Position numbers and translations under genes: made by a program
Virus record (IMG/VR): IMGVR_UViG_2893967813_000002
Span: 1 to 64,000 of that record
Reading direction: 5' to 3' (one strand)
DNA from: a virus
Taxonomy: Duplodnaviria > Caudoviricetes
DNA length: 64,000 nt
Part shown: piece after piece, positions 39,716-51,200 of the stretch
Layout: every line of letters starts with the position of its first letter
Position numbering within the stretch: position 1 is the first letter of the stretch
The notes under the pieces: model-generated
The model's database searches: none
The model's input: only the letters and a program-made list of their open reading frames with translations
What the model was told of the DNA's origin: nothing

Positions 39716-41149
39716 TTAAGGCTCTTCAACAGGAGCTTTGGCAAGACGCATTCTTGCATGTGCTTTTGCATAGCGCAAGTACAAGCAGCTTACTTCTTGG
39801 ATTACTACCGCATCGGTACGGCGGATACCGGCTTTCTGCAAGTCAAGTACGTTTCTTGCCCAAGAGATATGTGTTTTCTTCGACAGGTATTCCGGGTCCA
39901 TTGCAAAGCCGCAGTCGCTCATGCCATTCACGTCAAATAGTTCGTGATGAATGGTCAGTACCTCTCCGAAATCGGTATCCCAAGATTTGAATTTCAAATT
40001 CCAAACCTCAACAGTGTCTTTCAGGCGGAACTTCTCACTCTTGATTTTCGAGAATGCAGACAGCATATCGCTACCGCAGAAAAGGATTTTGCGTTTGTTG
40101 CCGATACCTGTACCCACAAAGAGGTCTTTGGTAATATCCACAAGGTTTTCATCGGTAATGACGGCGCACTGCTTGTCCGCATTCCATTCGCCCACTTCGA
40201 TGTCTTTGCCAGCCATCCACCATATGCCGCCTGTAAACCAAGTGTTCATACCGTCCTTGGCAATATGCTTGATGACATTCTTGACACCGAACAGATAGGT
40301 ATTCTCCATGGCGAGGCGCATATCATATACACCGTCCTCCTCAATGTCCGAGAAATTCCAGTTCACTTCCTTGGCGGCAATCTTGTCAAAGGTGGACTGC
40401 TCTACCTGAATCATGAAGTTCTGACAATACTGGGTTTCAGGCATCGGGATATTGTTGAAGCGTCCTGTCTGTACATCCAACTCACCACAAGCCTTACCCA
40501 TACGAACAAGTGTTGTTCCTGAAGGAATCTCCGGTACAAGGATTGGTTGTTTACTCGAACTGTCCATGTCACCGTTAACAGCATACACGGTTGGTAAGTT
40601 TGTTGAGCTATCTTTACCGCATACACATAATACAAGGTCGGGAACATTGCTGTCTTCCAGCCCATATTTTGTTCCATCCGGCTTCGTAATGGCTTTCACA
40701 CCTACTACTCGAATGGTATCATCCAGAGTAAACATGTTCAGGTCATCTACCGGAAGGGAGGTGCTGGCTCCGTTCAGCATCTTTTCTACTTTCTTGTTGG
40801 TACTGCACTTGATTTCTCTTGTGCCTACGCTGTAATACTTAACTTCGAAAGAGCTTGTACTACTTGATTTTGCATAACGGCTGATTTGGTCGATAGGAGT
40901 TGCCATCGGACGTATCTTCACGATACGTTTGTCCACATCGCTCAAATAAAAATTTGAGTCACCATCCGTTCTGCCTGCGGTTTCCGTTGCGATACCGTCT
41001 GTTCCGCCCGTACCGTCAGCTCCGGCTGTTGTTTTACCTGCATCAGGGAGTTCGGAGGCGTTGGCCATGAACACACCGCTTGATGCGCCTGTCACAAATG
41101 CCAATACCATCAGCATGATGCGACACAGAAAACTTGTTGCTTTCTTCAT
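39716..41149 (-). CDS. Major capsid protein (DUF5309/SU10-like HK97 fold) with hydrophobic N-terminal leader
   Basis: Follows scaffold; IRPMATPIDQI, NYCQNFMIQV-type, DMRLAME..YLFG, WFTGGI, TDFGEV motifs; strong downstream terminator. Confidence 0.75.
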   Translation of the reverse strand: MKKATSFLCRIMLMVLAFVTGASSGVFMANASELPDAGKTTAGADGTGGTDGIATETAGRTDGDSNFYLSDVDKRIVKIRPMATPIDQISRYAKSSSTSSFEVKYYSVGTREIKCSTNKKVEKMLNGASTSLPVDDLNMFTLDDTIRVVGVKAITKPDGTKYGLEDSNVPDLVLCVCGKDSSTNLPTVYAVNGDMDSSSKQPILVPEIPSGTTLVRMGKACGELDVQTGRFNNIPMPETQYCQNFMIQVEQSTFDKIAAKEVNWNFSDIEEDGVYDMRLAMENTYLFGVKNVIKHIAKDGMNTWFTGGIWWMAGKDIEVGEWNADKQCAVITDENLVDITKDLFVGTGIGNKRKILFCGSDMLSAFSKIKSEKFRLKDTVEVWNLKFKSWDTDFGEVLTIHHELFDVNGMSDCGFAMDPEYLSKKTHISWARNVLDLQKAGIRRTDAVVIQEVSCLYLRYAKAHARMRLAKAPVEEP

Positions 41150-41190
41150 TGCTCTTTTAATTTTTGAAAAGTGAATAAATAGAATTGATT

Positions 41191-41979
41191 TTACTTGTTT
41201 GTCCTGCGTTTTTCTCCGCCACGTTCCCAAATGTTCTGAGTTCCGTAGTTTTGGTCAATGACACCCAAATCTGGCATTTCTCGTGAGCCGCCTTTGCCTC
41301 CGCCGTTCTTGCTGCCGAGGTTGGCTGTACCGTCATTCTTGCTGCCCTTGCGCAACTTTTCTTCAATCTTGGTGTTGCGGCCTCTTACTTCGCCTTCTCG
41401 GTCTGCCTGTTCCACATCGCTGTCATGCCGGATGGCTTTGAGTGCCATTGCCACGCTCTCACGTGTGAACTTGCCCATGATTCCGTCACGCACAATGCCG
41501 ACAAGGAAATCCATTGCACTGTCAATGTCCTCATCAGATAGTCCTTCATCTTGCTGCATGGTTTCAAGGGTGGTCAAAGTCTCGTTGAGGTTCTTCTGAT
41601 ACTCTCCCTCGTACTCTTTCTCTTGGGCGATGCGTTCTGCAAACTCCTTATTGGCGGCTGCAAGTGCCTCCTGCTTTTCGGGGTCTTCAAGTGCGGCCTT
41701 GAAATCATCCCCGAATTTACGCACCATACCGATGATAGGGTCTTCGCCCTTTCTCCAGTCGGTAAGAAAAGCGGCACTGCGCGGGTTGCTTGCAAATAAG
41801 TCCGAGAGAGCTTTTTCTCGCTCACGGTATCCAGACAATTCGTTGTCGTAACTGTCGTAATCGTCATTGGTTTGACCAAATAACGCTTCATCATCGGCAA
41901 ACTCCTTGTCGGGATACTTTGTTTTCAACCGTTCCATGTATCTGTCCCGGTTGCTTTTAACTTCCGTATTCTTAGGCAT
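41191..41979 (-). CDS. Capsid scaffolding protein (putative)
   Basis: Acidic coiled-coil protein immediately upstream of the MCP. Confidence 0.55.
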   Translation of the reverse strand: MPKNTEVKSNRDRYMERLKTKYPDKEFADDEALFGQTNDDYDSYDNELSGYREREKALSDLFASNPRSAAFLTDWRKGEDPIIGMVRKFGDDFKAALEDPEKQEALAAANKEFAERIAQEKEYEGEYQKNLNETLTTLETMQQDEGLSDEDIDSAMDFLVGIVRDGIMGKFTRESVAMALKAIRHDSDVEQADREGEVRGRNTKIEEKLRKGSKNDGTANLGSKNGGGKGGSREMPDLGVIDQNYGTQNIWERGGEKRRTNK

Positions 41980-42016
41980 ATACTGTAAATAATTAATGTT
42001 GTCTGAAACTTTGAAG

Positions 42017-42060
42017 CAAAAATAAGCTAAGATACACGCATTCTATGTTTATCTTTTTAC
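42017..42060 (-). promoter_or_regulatory. Putative phage late promoter P3 (scaffold-capsid-tail operon)
   Basis: GTAAAAAGATAAAC 36 nt upstream of TATTTTTG. Confidence 0.55.
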
Positions 42061-42111
42061 GCTCCAATAGGTAACTTTGGTACACGGTTAAAGCTGTAAT
42101 TTGTTGTAGGA

Positions 42112-42546
42112 ATGAAACATAAAGGGGCATTGATGGAGTACTTTCAAGAACGTTCAGACGACTTGATGAGGGCGTACGATGAATATATTGAATCGTGCGA
42201 CTACATCCGTATGCCTGATGTGTACAACAACATTGTCAATATGCCTTCACGCCGTTTTTGGGTAAGCGATATTCGGGCAGCTCTTGTGGTATCAGCGATG
42301 ATGAAGGGCAAGGCGCATTTGGAGAAGATGTGTCCGTCCAAACGTGAAATGTACGAAGAAATCTATAGCCGTGTCATGGTAATGTACACCGATTATCCCG
42401 ATAAGACTATTTCTGAACTATGTTCTATGGTTGTCATGCAGCCCGCCCCTAAATTCTACCTCACGCCTGGTAGTGCAAAGATTATGGTTTGTAAAGCAAG
42501 GAAAGAATGGGTAAGACGAAAACAACAAAGGCTGTTTCGCTTTTAA
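42112..42546 (+). CDS. Hypothetical protein (candidate terminase small subunit or regulator)
   Basis: First gene of the terminase operon; TAACTTTG promoter box at 42072-79. Confidence 0.55.
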   Translation: MKHKGALMEYFQERSDDLMRAYDEYIESCDYIRMPDVYNNIVNMPSRRFWVSDIRAALVVSAMMKGKAHLEKMCPSKREMYEEIYSRVMVMYTDYPDKTISELCSMVVMQPAPKFYLTPGSAKIMVCKARKEWVRRKQQRLFRF

Positions 42547-42998
42547 TTTCAATCATTGTATGCTGCTTGGCTTTGCAGGATATTCAAGATTGGTCAGAAG
42601 TCGGTATCTTCAAAGATTGCGGACCGGGGTGTCGTATGTCATATCCATTTTATCATGTGAATATAATTCACGCCGCACTTAATGCGTGGTGTCTGCTTTC
42701 GGTCGTATTCATATACAATGTGTCATTATGGCGCTTGGTATTCGCATACATTTCCGCCGTATCTGTTCCAGTACTCTGTCTATCCAATATTCCTACGGTT
42801 GGACTTTCAGGGTTAGTATTTGTACTGTTCGGTTCCGTTTCTTTCGAGGTAGAAAGAAAGGTCTATTATCAATTATGGATGGTTGTCTATCTCGTCATCG
42901 GTTTTCTTTTTCCCGGCACCAATGCGTGGGTACACTTGTACTGCTATCTCGTAGGGTGTTTGGCGGCATTGTTGAACAAACCTGTAAAAATCGGTTAA
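42507..42998 (+). CDS. Rhomboid-like intramembrane serine protease
   Basis: RMSYPFYH...HAALN, PTVGLSG (catalytic Ser), WVHLYCYLVG (catalytic His); about 6 hydrophobic segments. Confidence 0.7.
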   Translation: MGKTKTTKAVSLLISIIVCCLALQDIQDWSEVGIFKDCGPGCRMSYPFYHVNIIHAALNAWCLLSVVFIYNVSLWRLVFAYISAVSVPVLCLSNIPTVGLSGLVFVLFGSVSFEVERKVYYQLWMVVYLVIGFLFPGTNAWVHLYCYLVGCLAALLNKPVKIG

Positions 42999-42999
42999 T

Positions 43000-45089
43000 A
43001 TGCAGGAGGAAATCAGACTTATCATCGAAGAAAACAACCGCCGAAACGCAGAGGTGTATGCACGCTTTGACCCAATTGGCGGTTTCGGTTCGGTTGGGGA
43101 ACGTGTAAAGGTCTGTATAGAGGACTTCCCGATACGCACCCAATACCTGCCTGTCGAAATGATGGATGTACCGCTTGTTCGGCAACTTGTCGAATGTGGC
43201 TCTGTCAAGGCATTCTTGCAGGAACTTGGAAATGCTAAAGAGGAAGATTATGAAAGCGACCGGCTCAAAGTAATAAGCCAGTTTGTGCGCATACGTAACA
43301 AATATGACTTCCCATTTTGGGCGGCAACATTCGTCTATATCAAGAACAAGGGGGGCGGCGAAGATGTGTTATTTCGCCTTACTCGACCGCAACGCCGTTT
43401 CGTTGAAAGGTTGGAACGATTGCGAAAAGCAGGTAAGCCTATACGCCTTGTCTTGCTGAAAGCACGGCAATGGGGAGGTTCTACCACCTCGCAAATATAT
43501 ATGGCATGGTTACAGTTGGTTCATAAAGTAGGACTGAACTCACTTATCATCGCCCATCAAGGTGCTGGTTCGGATGAAATCAAGGATATGTTCGACCGTA
43601 TGATAAAGAACTATCCGGTGGATATGCTGCACAAACTGGGTGAAACATACAGCGAGAATGAGCCTAAAATGGTCGGGGTCGGTAAGTCGGGCAGTATTCA
43701 TCGTGTACCGCAACGCAACTGTAAGATTAAGATTGGTACTGCCGAACGACCTGACTCCTGCCGTGGTGGAGACTACAACCTTGTGCATCTGTCCGAGGTC
43801 GGACTATGGAAAGCGACAGATGGGAAGAAGCCCGAAGACATTGTGCGCTCTGCCTGTTCGGGAGTGCTGCTGCGTCCATATACAATGATTGTATATGAAA
43901 GTACAGCTAATGGTACAGGTAATTTCTTTCAAAAAGAGTATGACGATGCTAAGAACGGAAAATCCCAGTTCGAGGCAATGTTCGTGTCGTGGTTTGACAT
44001 AGAACAGTATTCGTTGCCTCTTGACGATGTGGAAGCTTTTGCACAAATGCTGTATGCAAACCGTGAGAATGACGGCATACCTTCATCCCGTGAGGAAAAC
44101 GGCAAATATCTGTGGTGGCTGTGGGAGAAGGGCGCAACGCTTGAAGCTATCAATTGGTACATACAGGAACGTGCCAAATATACCGAACACGGATTGATGG
44201 CGGCAGAGTTCCTTCCGATGATGTTGAGGCGTTCGTTCATTCCGGCGCACGTGTGTTCGACAAATACAAGGTCGAGAAACTTAAAGCATCATGCAAGCCT
44301 CCACGATATGTAGGAGAAGTATATGCCGATGGTGATGAGGGGAAGAAAGCATTGCAAAACCTCCGTTTTGTTGGTGACAGCCAAGGCTTGCTACATATTT
44401 GGGAAATGCCTGAGATTTACGATGACGAAGTGGTAACCGACAGATATTTGACGGTGGTCGATGTCGGTGGGCGTTCCAATAAGGCTGACTGGTCTGTCAT
44501 TGTCGTGTTCGACCGTCTCTTCATGACTGACGGAGGAAAACCCACCGTTGTGGCGCAATGGTACGGACATATAGATATTGACCTTTTGGCGTGGAAAGCG
44601 GCACAGATAGCGGCTTTCTATGACAATTCCATGCTTGTGATTGAGAGCAACACACTTGAAACACATGACAAGGAAAGGCAGGTGGACGGAGACCAATCCC
44701 AATTCATTCTCAATCAGATTAAGGATGTTTATCCCAACCTGTACGCACGCAAGCAGTCGGAGGAGGCTATTCGGGAGGGATTGCCAGTGAACTACGGTTT
44801 CCACACCAATATAGCCACAAAGCCGATGGTAATCTCAACCCTTGTGAAAGTCATCCGTGAGAGCCTGTATGTTGAGCGTGATGCCCGTTGTCTGGACGAA
44901 TATCTGTGTTATGAGAAGAAACCGAACGGGGCGTTCGGGGCGATTATCGGTAAACACGATGACTTGTTGATGACCCGTGCCATTGGTCTGCACATCTGTT
45001 TCTTTGAAATGGATATGCCTAAATTCGTACCTCGTGTGGGAAGATATATCAGCAGGAAGAAAAAAGCGGTATCTGCCGCAACAATATAG
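43000..45089 (+). CDS. Terminase large subunit (frameshift near 44213)
   Basis: LLKARQWGGST, VHLSEVG, YESTANG, VDVGG and HDDLLM motifs; adding one C gives EFPSDDVEAF. Confidence 0.9.
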
Positions 45090-45113
45090 TTTAACAATTT
45101 AACAATAGGAAAG

Positions 45114-45467
45114 ATGAACATCTTTAAGAAAATCCGTGCTTCACTCCGTTTGCGTGAGGCAGTAAGACAAGCCGACAAGGCACATCGTGAGAATGGACAA
45201 CGCTACTATGTAATGCCGACAAGTGGCGTGAGTGGACAACTTGTAATTATGGATAGGAACAATTTCCGTAAACTCAAGCAGAAGCACTATATCAACCATA
45301 ATACATTCGTCAGAGACCTCGAATTTGAGTGTTTCTATTGCACTCCGTACAATAACGGTGCAGGTAAATTATCTTCGGCTGTAATGGCGAAAAAACGTAA
45401 TCAGTATTACTCATGGTTGGAAGCAATCGGCAAATCAAGAAAAAATGGGAAAGTACGGAAATATTGA
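45114..45467 (+). CDS. Hypothetical basic protein
   Basis: 117 aa after terminase. Confidence 0.55.
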   Translation: MNIFKKIRASLRLREAVRQADKAHRENGQRYYVMPTSGVSGQLVIMDRNNFRKLKQKHYINHNTFVRDLEFECFYCTPYNNGAGKLSSAVMAKKRNQYYSWLEAIGKSRKNGKVRKY

Positions 45468-45669
45468 CGGTATAGCAACACTTACCAACGACCCGCTCGC
45501 ACTTGACAATATCAATAAGTTTAAAGTCGGGGACCGGGTGATGTGCAACGATAATGGTGTCATTGGTACGGTCAAGGAATTGGATATTCCGAACGAAGCC
45601 TGTATTGTTGATTTCGACAATGGAGAGGAAGATGTCTGGATAGAGAAATTCCAACTGTCCAAAGAATAA
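45445..45669 (+). CDS. Small SH3/KOW-like beta protein
   Basis: FKVGDRV...GVIGTV...CIVDFD. Confidence 0.5.
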   Translation: MGKYGNIDGIATLTNDPLALDNINKFKVGDRVMCNDNGVIGTVKELDIPNEACIVDFDNGEEDVWIEKFQLSKE

Positions 45670-45678
45670 TAAATAGAC

Positions 45679-45719
45679 ATGAGGGTGTATCAAATTGAAT
45701 ATATTTGGTACACCCTCAT
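45679..45719. terminator. Terminator between convergent operons
   Basis: ATGAGGGTGTA/TACACCCTCAT 11-bp stem. Confidence 0.65.
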
Positions 45720-45729
45720 TCTTTATCCG

Positions 45730-46194
45730 CTAAGCATGGGCTAATTTGATTCTTTTCTCGTTGCCTCTTGACCAAATGTCATCTTCGCTTTGTCCATATG
45801 TCGCAAGCTGTTCTATTTCTTTCTTTTGTTGTTCCTGCCAAGGCTCAAACTCTATAATATCTCTCATAAGCCATGAATCCCACCGTCCTCTGAAACAGAT
45901 ACCCCGGTCATCAAGGTACACATCGGCTATGATTTTTCCGCTTGTATGTTCCGGTTGATTCGGGTTTTCGTTTATATGGTCGTATGAAATATTGTTTTCT
46001 GCCAACCACTTTTCCAATTTTTCAGTTTTCTTGCGTGTCGTGAAGATGATGATAGTCCATCCGTTTTTCTTTAGGGTGGCTGTACCTGTATCTGCGTTCG
46101 GTATCATCTGCCCAAACACATCCTCGCCTTGCCAACCTTTACTGTAGTCATGAATGACACCGTCAAAGTCTATACAAATAGTTTTCTGTTCCAT
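45730..46194 (-). CDS. HAD-superfamily phosphatase
   Basis: IDFDGVIH (motif I), FTTR (II), K (III), YLDDR (IV). Confidence 0.75.
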   Translation of the reverse strand: MEQKTICIDFDGVIHDYSKGWQGEDVFGQMIPNADTGTATLKKNGWTIIIFTTRKKTEKLEKWLAENNISYDHINENPNQPEHTSGKIIADVYLDDRGICFRGRWDSWLMRDIIEFEPWQEQQKKEIEQLATYGQSEDDIWSRGNEKRIKLAHA

Positions 46195-46212
46195 GATGTC
46201 GTTAAATTAAAA

Positions 46213-48189
46213 TTATTGCCTTATTGCATTATTCAGTTTGTTCACGGCCTGCATGTTCGCACCTTGTTGCGCTTGCGCCATCAGTTCGGGAGAAAGACCG
46301 TCAGGCATTTTACCCTGTTCCAATTGCTCTTTCTGCGACTTGATGCTCTGTAATAGTTCATCGGCAAACGGGAAGTCGCCATGTTCAAGTAGTTGTTCCA
46401 CGCTGATAGCTTGTGCTTGCCACAACTGCATGAGTATGTCGTTGGCAAGATGCCTGTATGCAGGGGTAGTTGTACTTTCTGTGATGCTCAAGTCAAACTC
46501 CACGTCTCGTATCTTTTTCGGGTCGTATTCAATTTGCGCACCGCTCCGTCCGGCAATGTTGAACACGCGCTTACTGTCATAGAACTGCTGTATATTTTTT
46601 ACATCCTTGTATGCACCATCTACCACAAAACCGCTGAAACATTCCAACAGGTCAAGCAAAGTGGTAGTGGCATTCTGCGTCTGTTGTTGGAAATGGGCGG
46701 CACTTTCACCCGAAAACCCAGGCTTGCCTTGTAATGCTCCTGTTACACCTGAAATGTCTTCAAAGAACTTCAATTGAATATTCAGCAGTTCAGCAATGCC
46801 GATGTTGGTCGAATTGTTGGCCACTTGTTCCGGCACACGTCCGCTCTTGCTCGGTCTATAGACAATCACACCGTTGAACTCAGCCCAGCTTTCCGCAATG
46901 TCGTCAATGCTCACTCCGTCCGGCAGACAATCATCGGGCATCATCAGTACCCCTTTGGCACTCGCACGCATTATCCAGTCATAGAGGGTTATCAGTCGGT
47001 TGGTATATCGTTGTTGGTCGATGACATCGGCCACGAACGAATGGATTTCACCGTCAATGAACGGATAAGCCTTGAATACGTATGGGTGGCTGTCATGTTC
47101 GTATGGCGTTTCTCCCTCTTTCAGAATATCTCCGAATGGCGACAGATAGTAGAAATACCAATAGTCGTCAATAAACCACGTGGCTTTAACGAGCGGTACT
47201 TCTTCTTCGGGCATACCGACTGACTTTGCCATTTCGATGCGTTCATCATTGACGGCGACCACACACTTTTGGTAATCCTCCACGTCAATCTTGAAGATGT
47301 CCCCGTTTTGGTAGTCATGGCACCGGTATCTTGGCTTTTGCTCCTTGCGCCACACCTCGATAACTCTGCATCGTCCCGGCTCACTCGTAAACAGAAAATC
47401 GTAGTTTTCCAAACGACTGTAGCCGAAACGCTCTGCATACGAGGCGATGTATTCTTTCTTTGCCGCCCACTTGTAGATGTCCCTAAGTCTGCGGTAATCT
47501 TCGGGTGAAGAGGCAAACTGTTCGCAAAGCTGTCCGAATGAAATGTCGTGTATCTCGCCAAGAACCGACACATCCCACCCTCGAAAATCTCTCATATTAT
47601 TATCTATGAAGAAATTGTTTGGCTGTACATAGTCCGTCCAACAATCTTCTTTTCCGTTACGCCAACCGTATGATTTGCGATGTACAATGAATCCGCTGAT
47701 AAGAAACTCCTCCATTGTCCGGGCATATACCTCCGTCATCCGGTTCAGTTGCATATTGCATTGCAGAATTGTACTCATCGTTTCGCCCAATTTCTGCTCG
47801 TCTCGGTCACGTGCTGTACAGGTCGGTTCTTTGCTCTGGCTTCGATACACGCCGAGTACGCTTTTTACCAATCTGCGGATAAGGTTGTTCTTCAATGGCA
47901 CATTGCCCTGCCTTTTGATATACTCTTCTTCCGTCATGGTCTCACCGTCCACACATATTTTGTCATCCCACTGAAAACCGTAGGTATATCGCTTGTTGCG
48001 CTCTCTGTCCTTTCGGAAATCCTCCATCTGATTCCAATAGTGCTGTGCCTCCATCAATATATCAAACGCCCTGCGGTCGCCCGACTGCCGTGAAGACATT
48101 ACTACGGTATCCATTTCCTCCGTATCACGTTTGGGTGCGACACGGCTCATGAACAGCAGTCTTTTATTTCCATTTTTTGTATTATGCAT
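46213..48189 (-). CDS. Portal protein (P22-like)
   Basis: 658 aa; NLIRRLV..V.G, DQQRYTNRL, EDISGVTGALQG..., Gln-rich tail. Confidence 0.8.
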   Translation of the reverse strand: MHNTKNGNKRLLFMSRVAPKRDTEEMDTVVMSSRQSGDRRAFDILMEAQHYWNQMEDFRKDRERNKRYTYGFQWDDKICVDGETMTEEEYIKRQGNVPLKNNLIRRLVKSVLGVYRSQSKEPTCTARDRDEQKLGETMSTILQCNMQLNRMTEVYARTMEEFLISGFIVHRKSYGWRNGKEDCWTDYVQPNNFFIDNNMRDFRGWDVSVLGEIHDISFGQLCEQFASSPEDYRRLRDIYKWAAKKEYIASYAERFGYSRLENYDFLFTSEPGRCRVIEVWRKEQKPRYRCHDYQNGDIFKIDVEDYQKCVVAVNDERIEMAKSVGMPEEEVPLVKATWFIDDYWYFYYLSPFGDILKEGETPYEHDSHPYVFKAYPFIDGEIHSFVADVIDQQRYTNRLITLYDWIMRASAKGVLMMPDDCLPDGVSIDDIAESWAEFNGVIVYRPSKSGRVPEQVANNSTNIGIAELLNIQLKFFEDISGVTGALQGKPGFSGESAAHFQQQTQNATTTLLDLLECFSGFVVDGAYKDVKNIQQFYDSKRVFNIAGRSGAQIEYDPKKIRDVEFDLSITESTTTPAYRHLANDILMQLWQAQAISVEQLLEHGDFPFADELLQSIKSQKEQLEQGKMPDGLSPELMAQAQQGANMQAVNKLNNAIRQ

Positions 48190-48225
48190 AATCGTTAAAT
48201 ATTATCAGAATGCTTAGGATAGACA

Positions 48226-48269
48226 CAAAGGTACTATCCAAAGCATTCCTTTCAAGTATAACTATTTAC
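48226..48269 (-). promoter_or_regulatory. Putative phage late promoter P4 (portal)
   Basis: GTAAATAGTTATAC 36 nt upstream of TACCTTTG. Confidence 0.5.
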
Positions 48270-51200
48270 GTTTACGGGTGAGGTTTATTTCATCTATCAT
48301 TTCTTTTTTGACTTCGTTCAACTCGGCTTCGATGTCCTTGCGTTCCTCGTCACTGATTGCTTCTTTCAATTCATTGTAGAGGTCGTCAATGTCTTCACGA
48401 TAATCCTCGAAAATTTCGTAACGCTCGTATTCGGGTGAGTTGTAGAGGAAATCAATTTTTTCCGCATAGTCAAATATGCCGTTGTCGGTATCTTCCTCAT
48501 AGTGCTTCAACCGGGATTTCAATCGGTCATGTTCCTCTTTCAACCGGAAATACTCATTGTTCACAGCCCTGTATTCGGTTCGTTCGTCCCCGGCTTTCAC
48601 AAGTCGGTTTACCAACAGGATGCTGCGAGGGTCATACTCTCGGTCTCCTGCAATGGTTTCTGCAGTCTTGCTCAACTTGTCGATTGTTCCGAACACACCT
48701 CCGAAATAACCGTTCAACATATATTCTATCTTTGCCGGGTTAAGGTCGATTGCTCCTTTTGTGTATGGGTCTCCGCCTGTTGCTTCGTTCATTACATTTG
48801 CAAGCCCAACAATGTATTTGTTGGCACTCTTGTATGCTTTTGTCCATTCGGGCATATCCTTATTCCAAGGTGTGTTCTTATACAAAGGCATACCTGTCCA
48901 ACTCTTTTCCGCTACGTAGGCTTCCCACAAAGGTTTGTAGGCACTCGGCACAAAGGCGTTCAGTCCTCCACCGCCCTCCAAGAAATCAATCGGCAATATC
49001 TGTGTCGCCTGTCCTGCAATGGATTCTGCTATTTCTCCGCCTGTAAGATGTTCCTTCCCGTTAAGCAGAAATCATCAGTTCTCCCATACCGTAAACAGCC
49101 CTGTATTCTACCGGAAGAGGAATGGATACCCAACTATTTCCTGCCCTGAAAAGAATATTGCTGCGCCTTACATATTCGGGAAGATTGTAGTATGCGTTCT
49201 TGTCATCATCGTCATCATCATCGCCACCTAAGTAGGCCACAATGGCACCAAGAAGGAATATCGCTGCAATACCTGTAAAAGCTTTGGCAGGGTGGCGTTT
49301 CATCTGCCGTCCGAAGTTTGCCGTACCTTGAATGGCGGCATTCCAAAAGACATAGCCGCTACGACCAAGTCCCGATACCAATGCACTGGCATTACCAGTC
49401 TTTGTCTGCCCTGTACTGTCATAGAATTTTGCTCCGCTGCCTTTCTTGTTGAAGTTTACGCTTATCTCCTTTGCATCATAGATGGCTCTGTCTATGCTTC
49501 TGCCCATTTCACGTGATGTCATGAAAGCGGCAAAACGGGCGCTGTTCTCGACTGCCCGGTTGTATTCATCAAAGCGTTCACCCAACAAGTCCCATGCTTT
49601 TTTTACAGGAATCTTGCCGTTCGATTTTTTCAGTTCCCTGCGTATGTCGTTTTTATGCTGTTCAATGTCCCGGATATTGGCATAGCCTGTTTCTCCTCCG
49701 TTCATCATGAACTGATGAAACATCGCTTCCGTCTTGTTACCCATGTCAAGTGTCCCTTTTCGGTGCTTTGCCAAAAGTTGCTTTATCCTTACAGGGTTGG
49801 CATACATATAATTTCGATGAAAACGCAGTGCGTAGTTCGGGCTTTCCCTTATCCAAGTCATGGTGTTGGTGTATAGCATATCTCGCATGAAGTTCGATAC
49901 GATGAAGTCCGGGTTGCGTGTGGTATAGAACGCACTCAACTGTCGGTTGATGTTTTCTCCGGCACGGAGAATAGCCCCGATTGCTCCCGACATATCGTTA
50001 TCGGGATTTGTCTGTCCGTTCAATGCCTGTGCCGCACGAGGATTGCCGTTTATGGTAATCACATAATCCCTGCCGCCACGTTTCACTACAATTTGGTGCT
50101 GCCTCATATCCCGGCTTTCCACAATACGATAAGGAATATTCACGGTATCCTTGCCGTGCTTGTACCGGTCAGGATATTGCTGCGCCAATGACTCCATTTT
50201 AGTTTCAAAGTCCAGCATCTTCCGGTCCACCACTTCGGGAGTATCTGTACTGTCTATGTTGTCAGGAAACACTGGCTTCCATTCGTTGGCCACCGCATCG
50301 TATTCTACCCAAATGTCGCTCACACTGGCAAGGTCGCTCGGATGGTTGAGGGCGAAATTAAGGAAACGCTGTTTTACCAATTTGTTTCGGTTGCCCTGCA
50401 TGATAGCACCTTCAGCCATTGATTGCAGATTGGCAAACGGGTCATCAGCTTTCGACCTACGTCCTTCCGCTTTCTTGATAGGAGCATTGAATGCACTTTG
50501 CTTGTGCGTCAGATATGCGTATGCTTCAGAGCTGGTCTTTTCGTCAAAACCTCGTAACGGAATGTAAAAATCATACATACCTGAAATCTTGTCAAATGTC
50601 GATTTGCTCATCATGCCACATTCGTATGACTTTGAAAGTATTGCTTTGCTCACTGCATTGACTTTTTCCCAAAGGTCGGCAGTGTCGTGTGCCTGTTCGT
50701 AATCATCAATCATCAGCTGCGCTTCCGCTTCTGCATCAGCGACATTATCCATACCTGTAAGGGCTGTAAGTCCGGCATAGTCGGTTTGGTCTGCATTGGT
50801 TGCCCCATTATTGATTGCTTCATTACGCATATATGTATTGCGTTCAAGTCCGTGTTTCGCCATCATGTAATCGGTCAATTCCTCACGCTCTGCCTCAGTC
50901 CGGGCGAGTTTGGCAACTTCATCAAGCATTGGCTTGAACAGGGTGTGGGCAAAGGCATCTGCTTCGGCTTTGTTCACACTTGACAGACGGTTTTCTCCCA
51001 AGTATGCGTTTTCAAATCCGTCCACATCCTCAATGTTTGTTTCCTTGCCAAGGATTGCAGTCATGGCTTCTTTCAAGCCGAGCATACTGTCCTGTAATGC
51101 TTCCTGTGATTGGAACATGCCGCTTTTCACACGCCTTTCATAACGGTCACGGGCCAACTCCCTTTCATGTCTTTCCGGGTCGCCGTCACGGTACAGGGCA

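Noticed and set aside
43000-45089. Programmed frameshift or split terminase
   Set aside because: No slippery heptamer or downstream structure at ~44213; a single missing C matches the window-wide indel pattern
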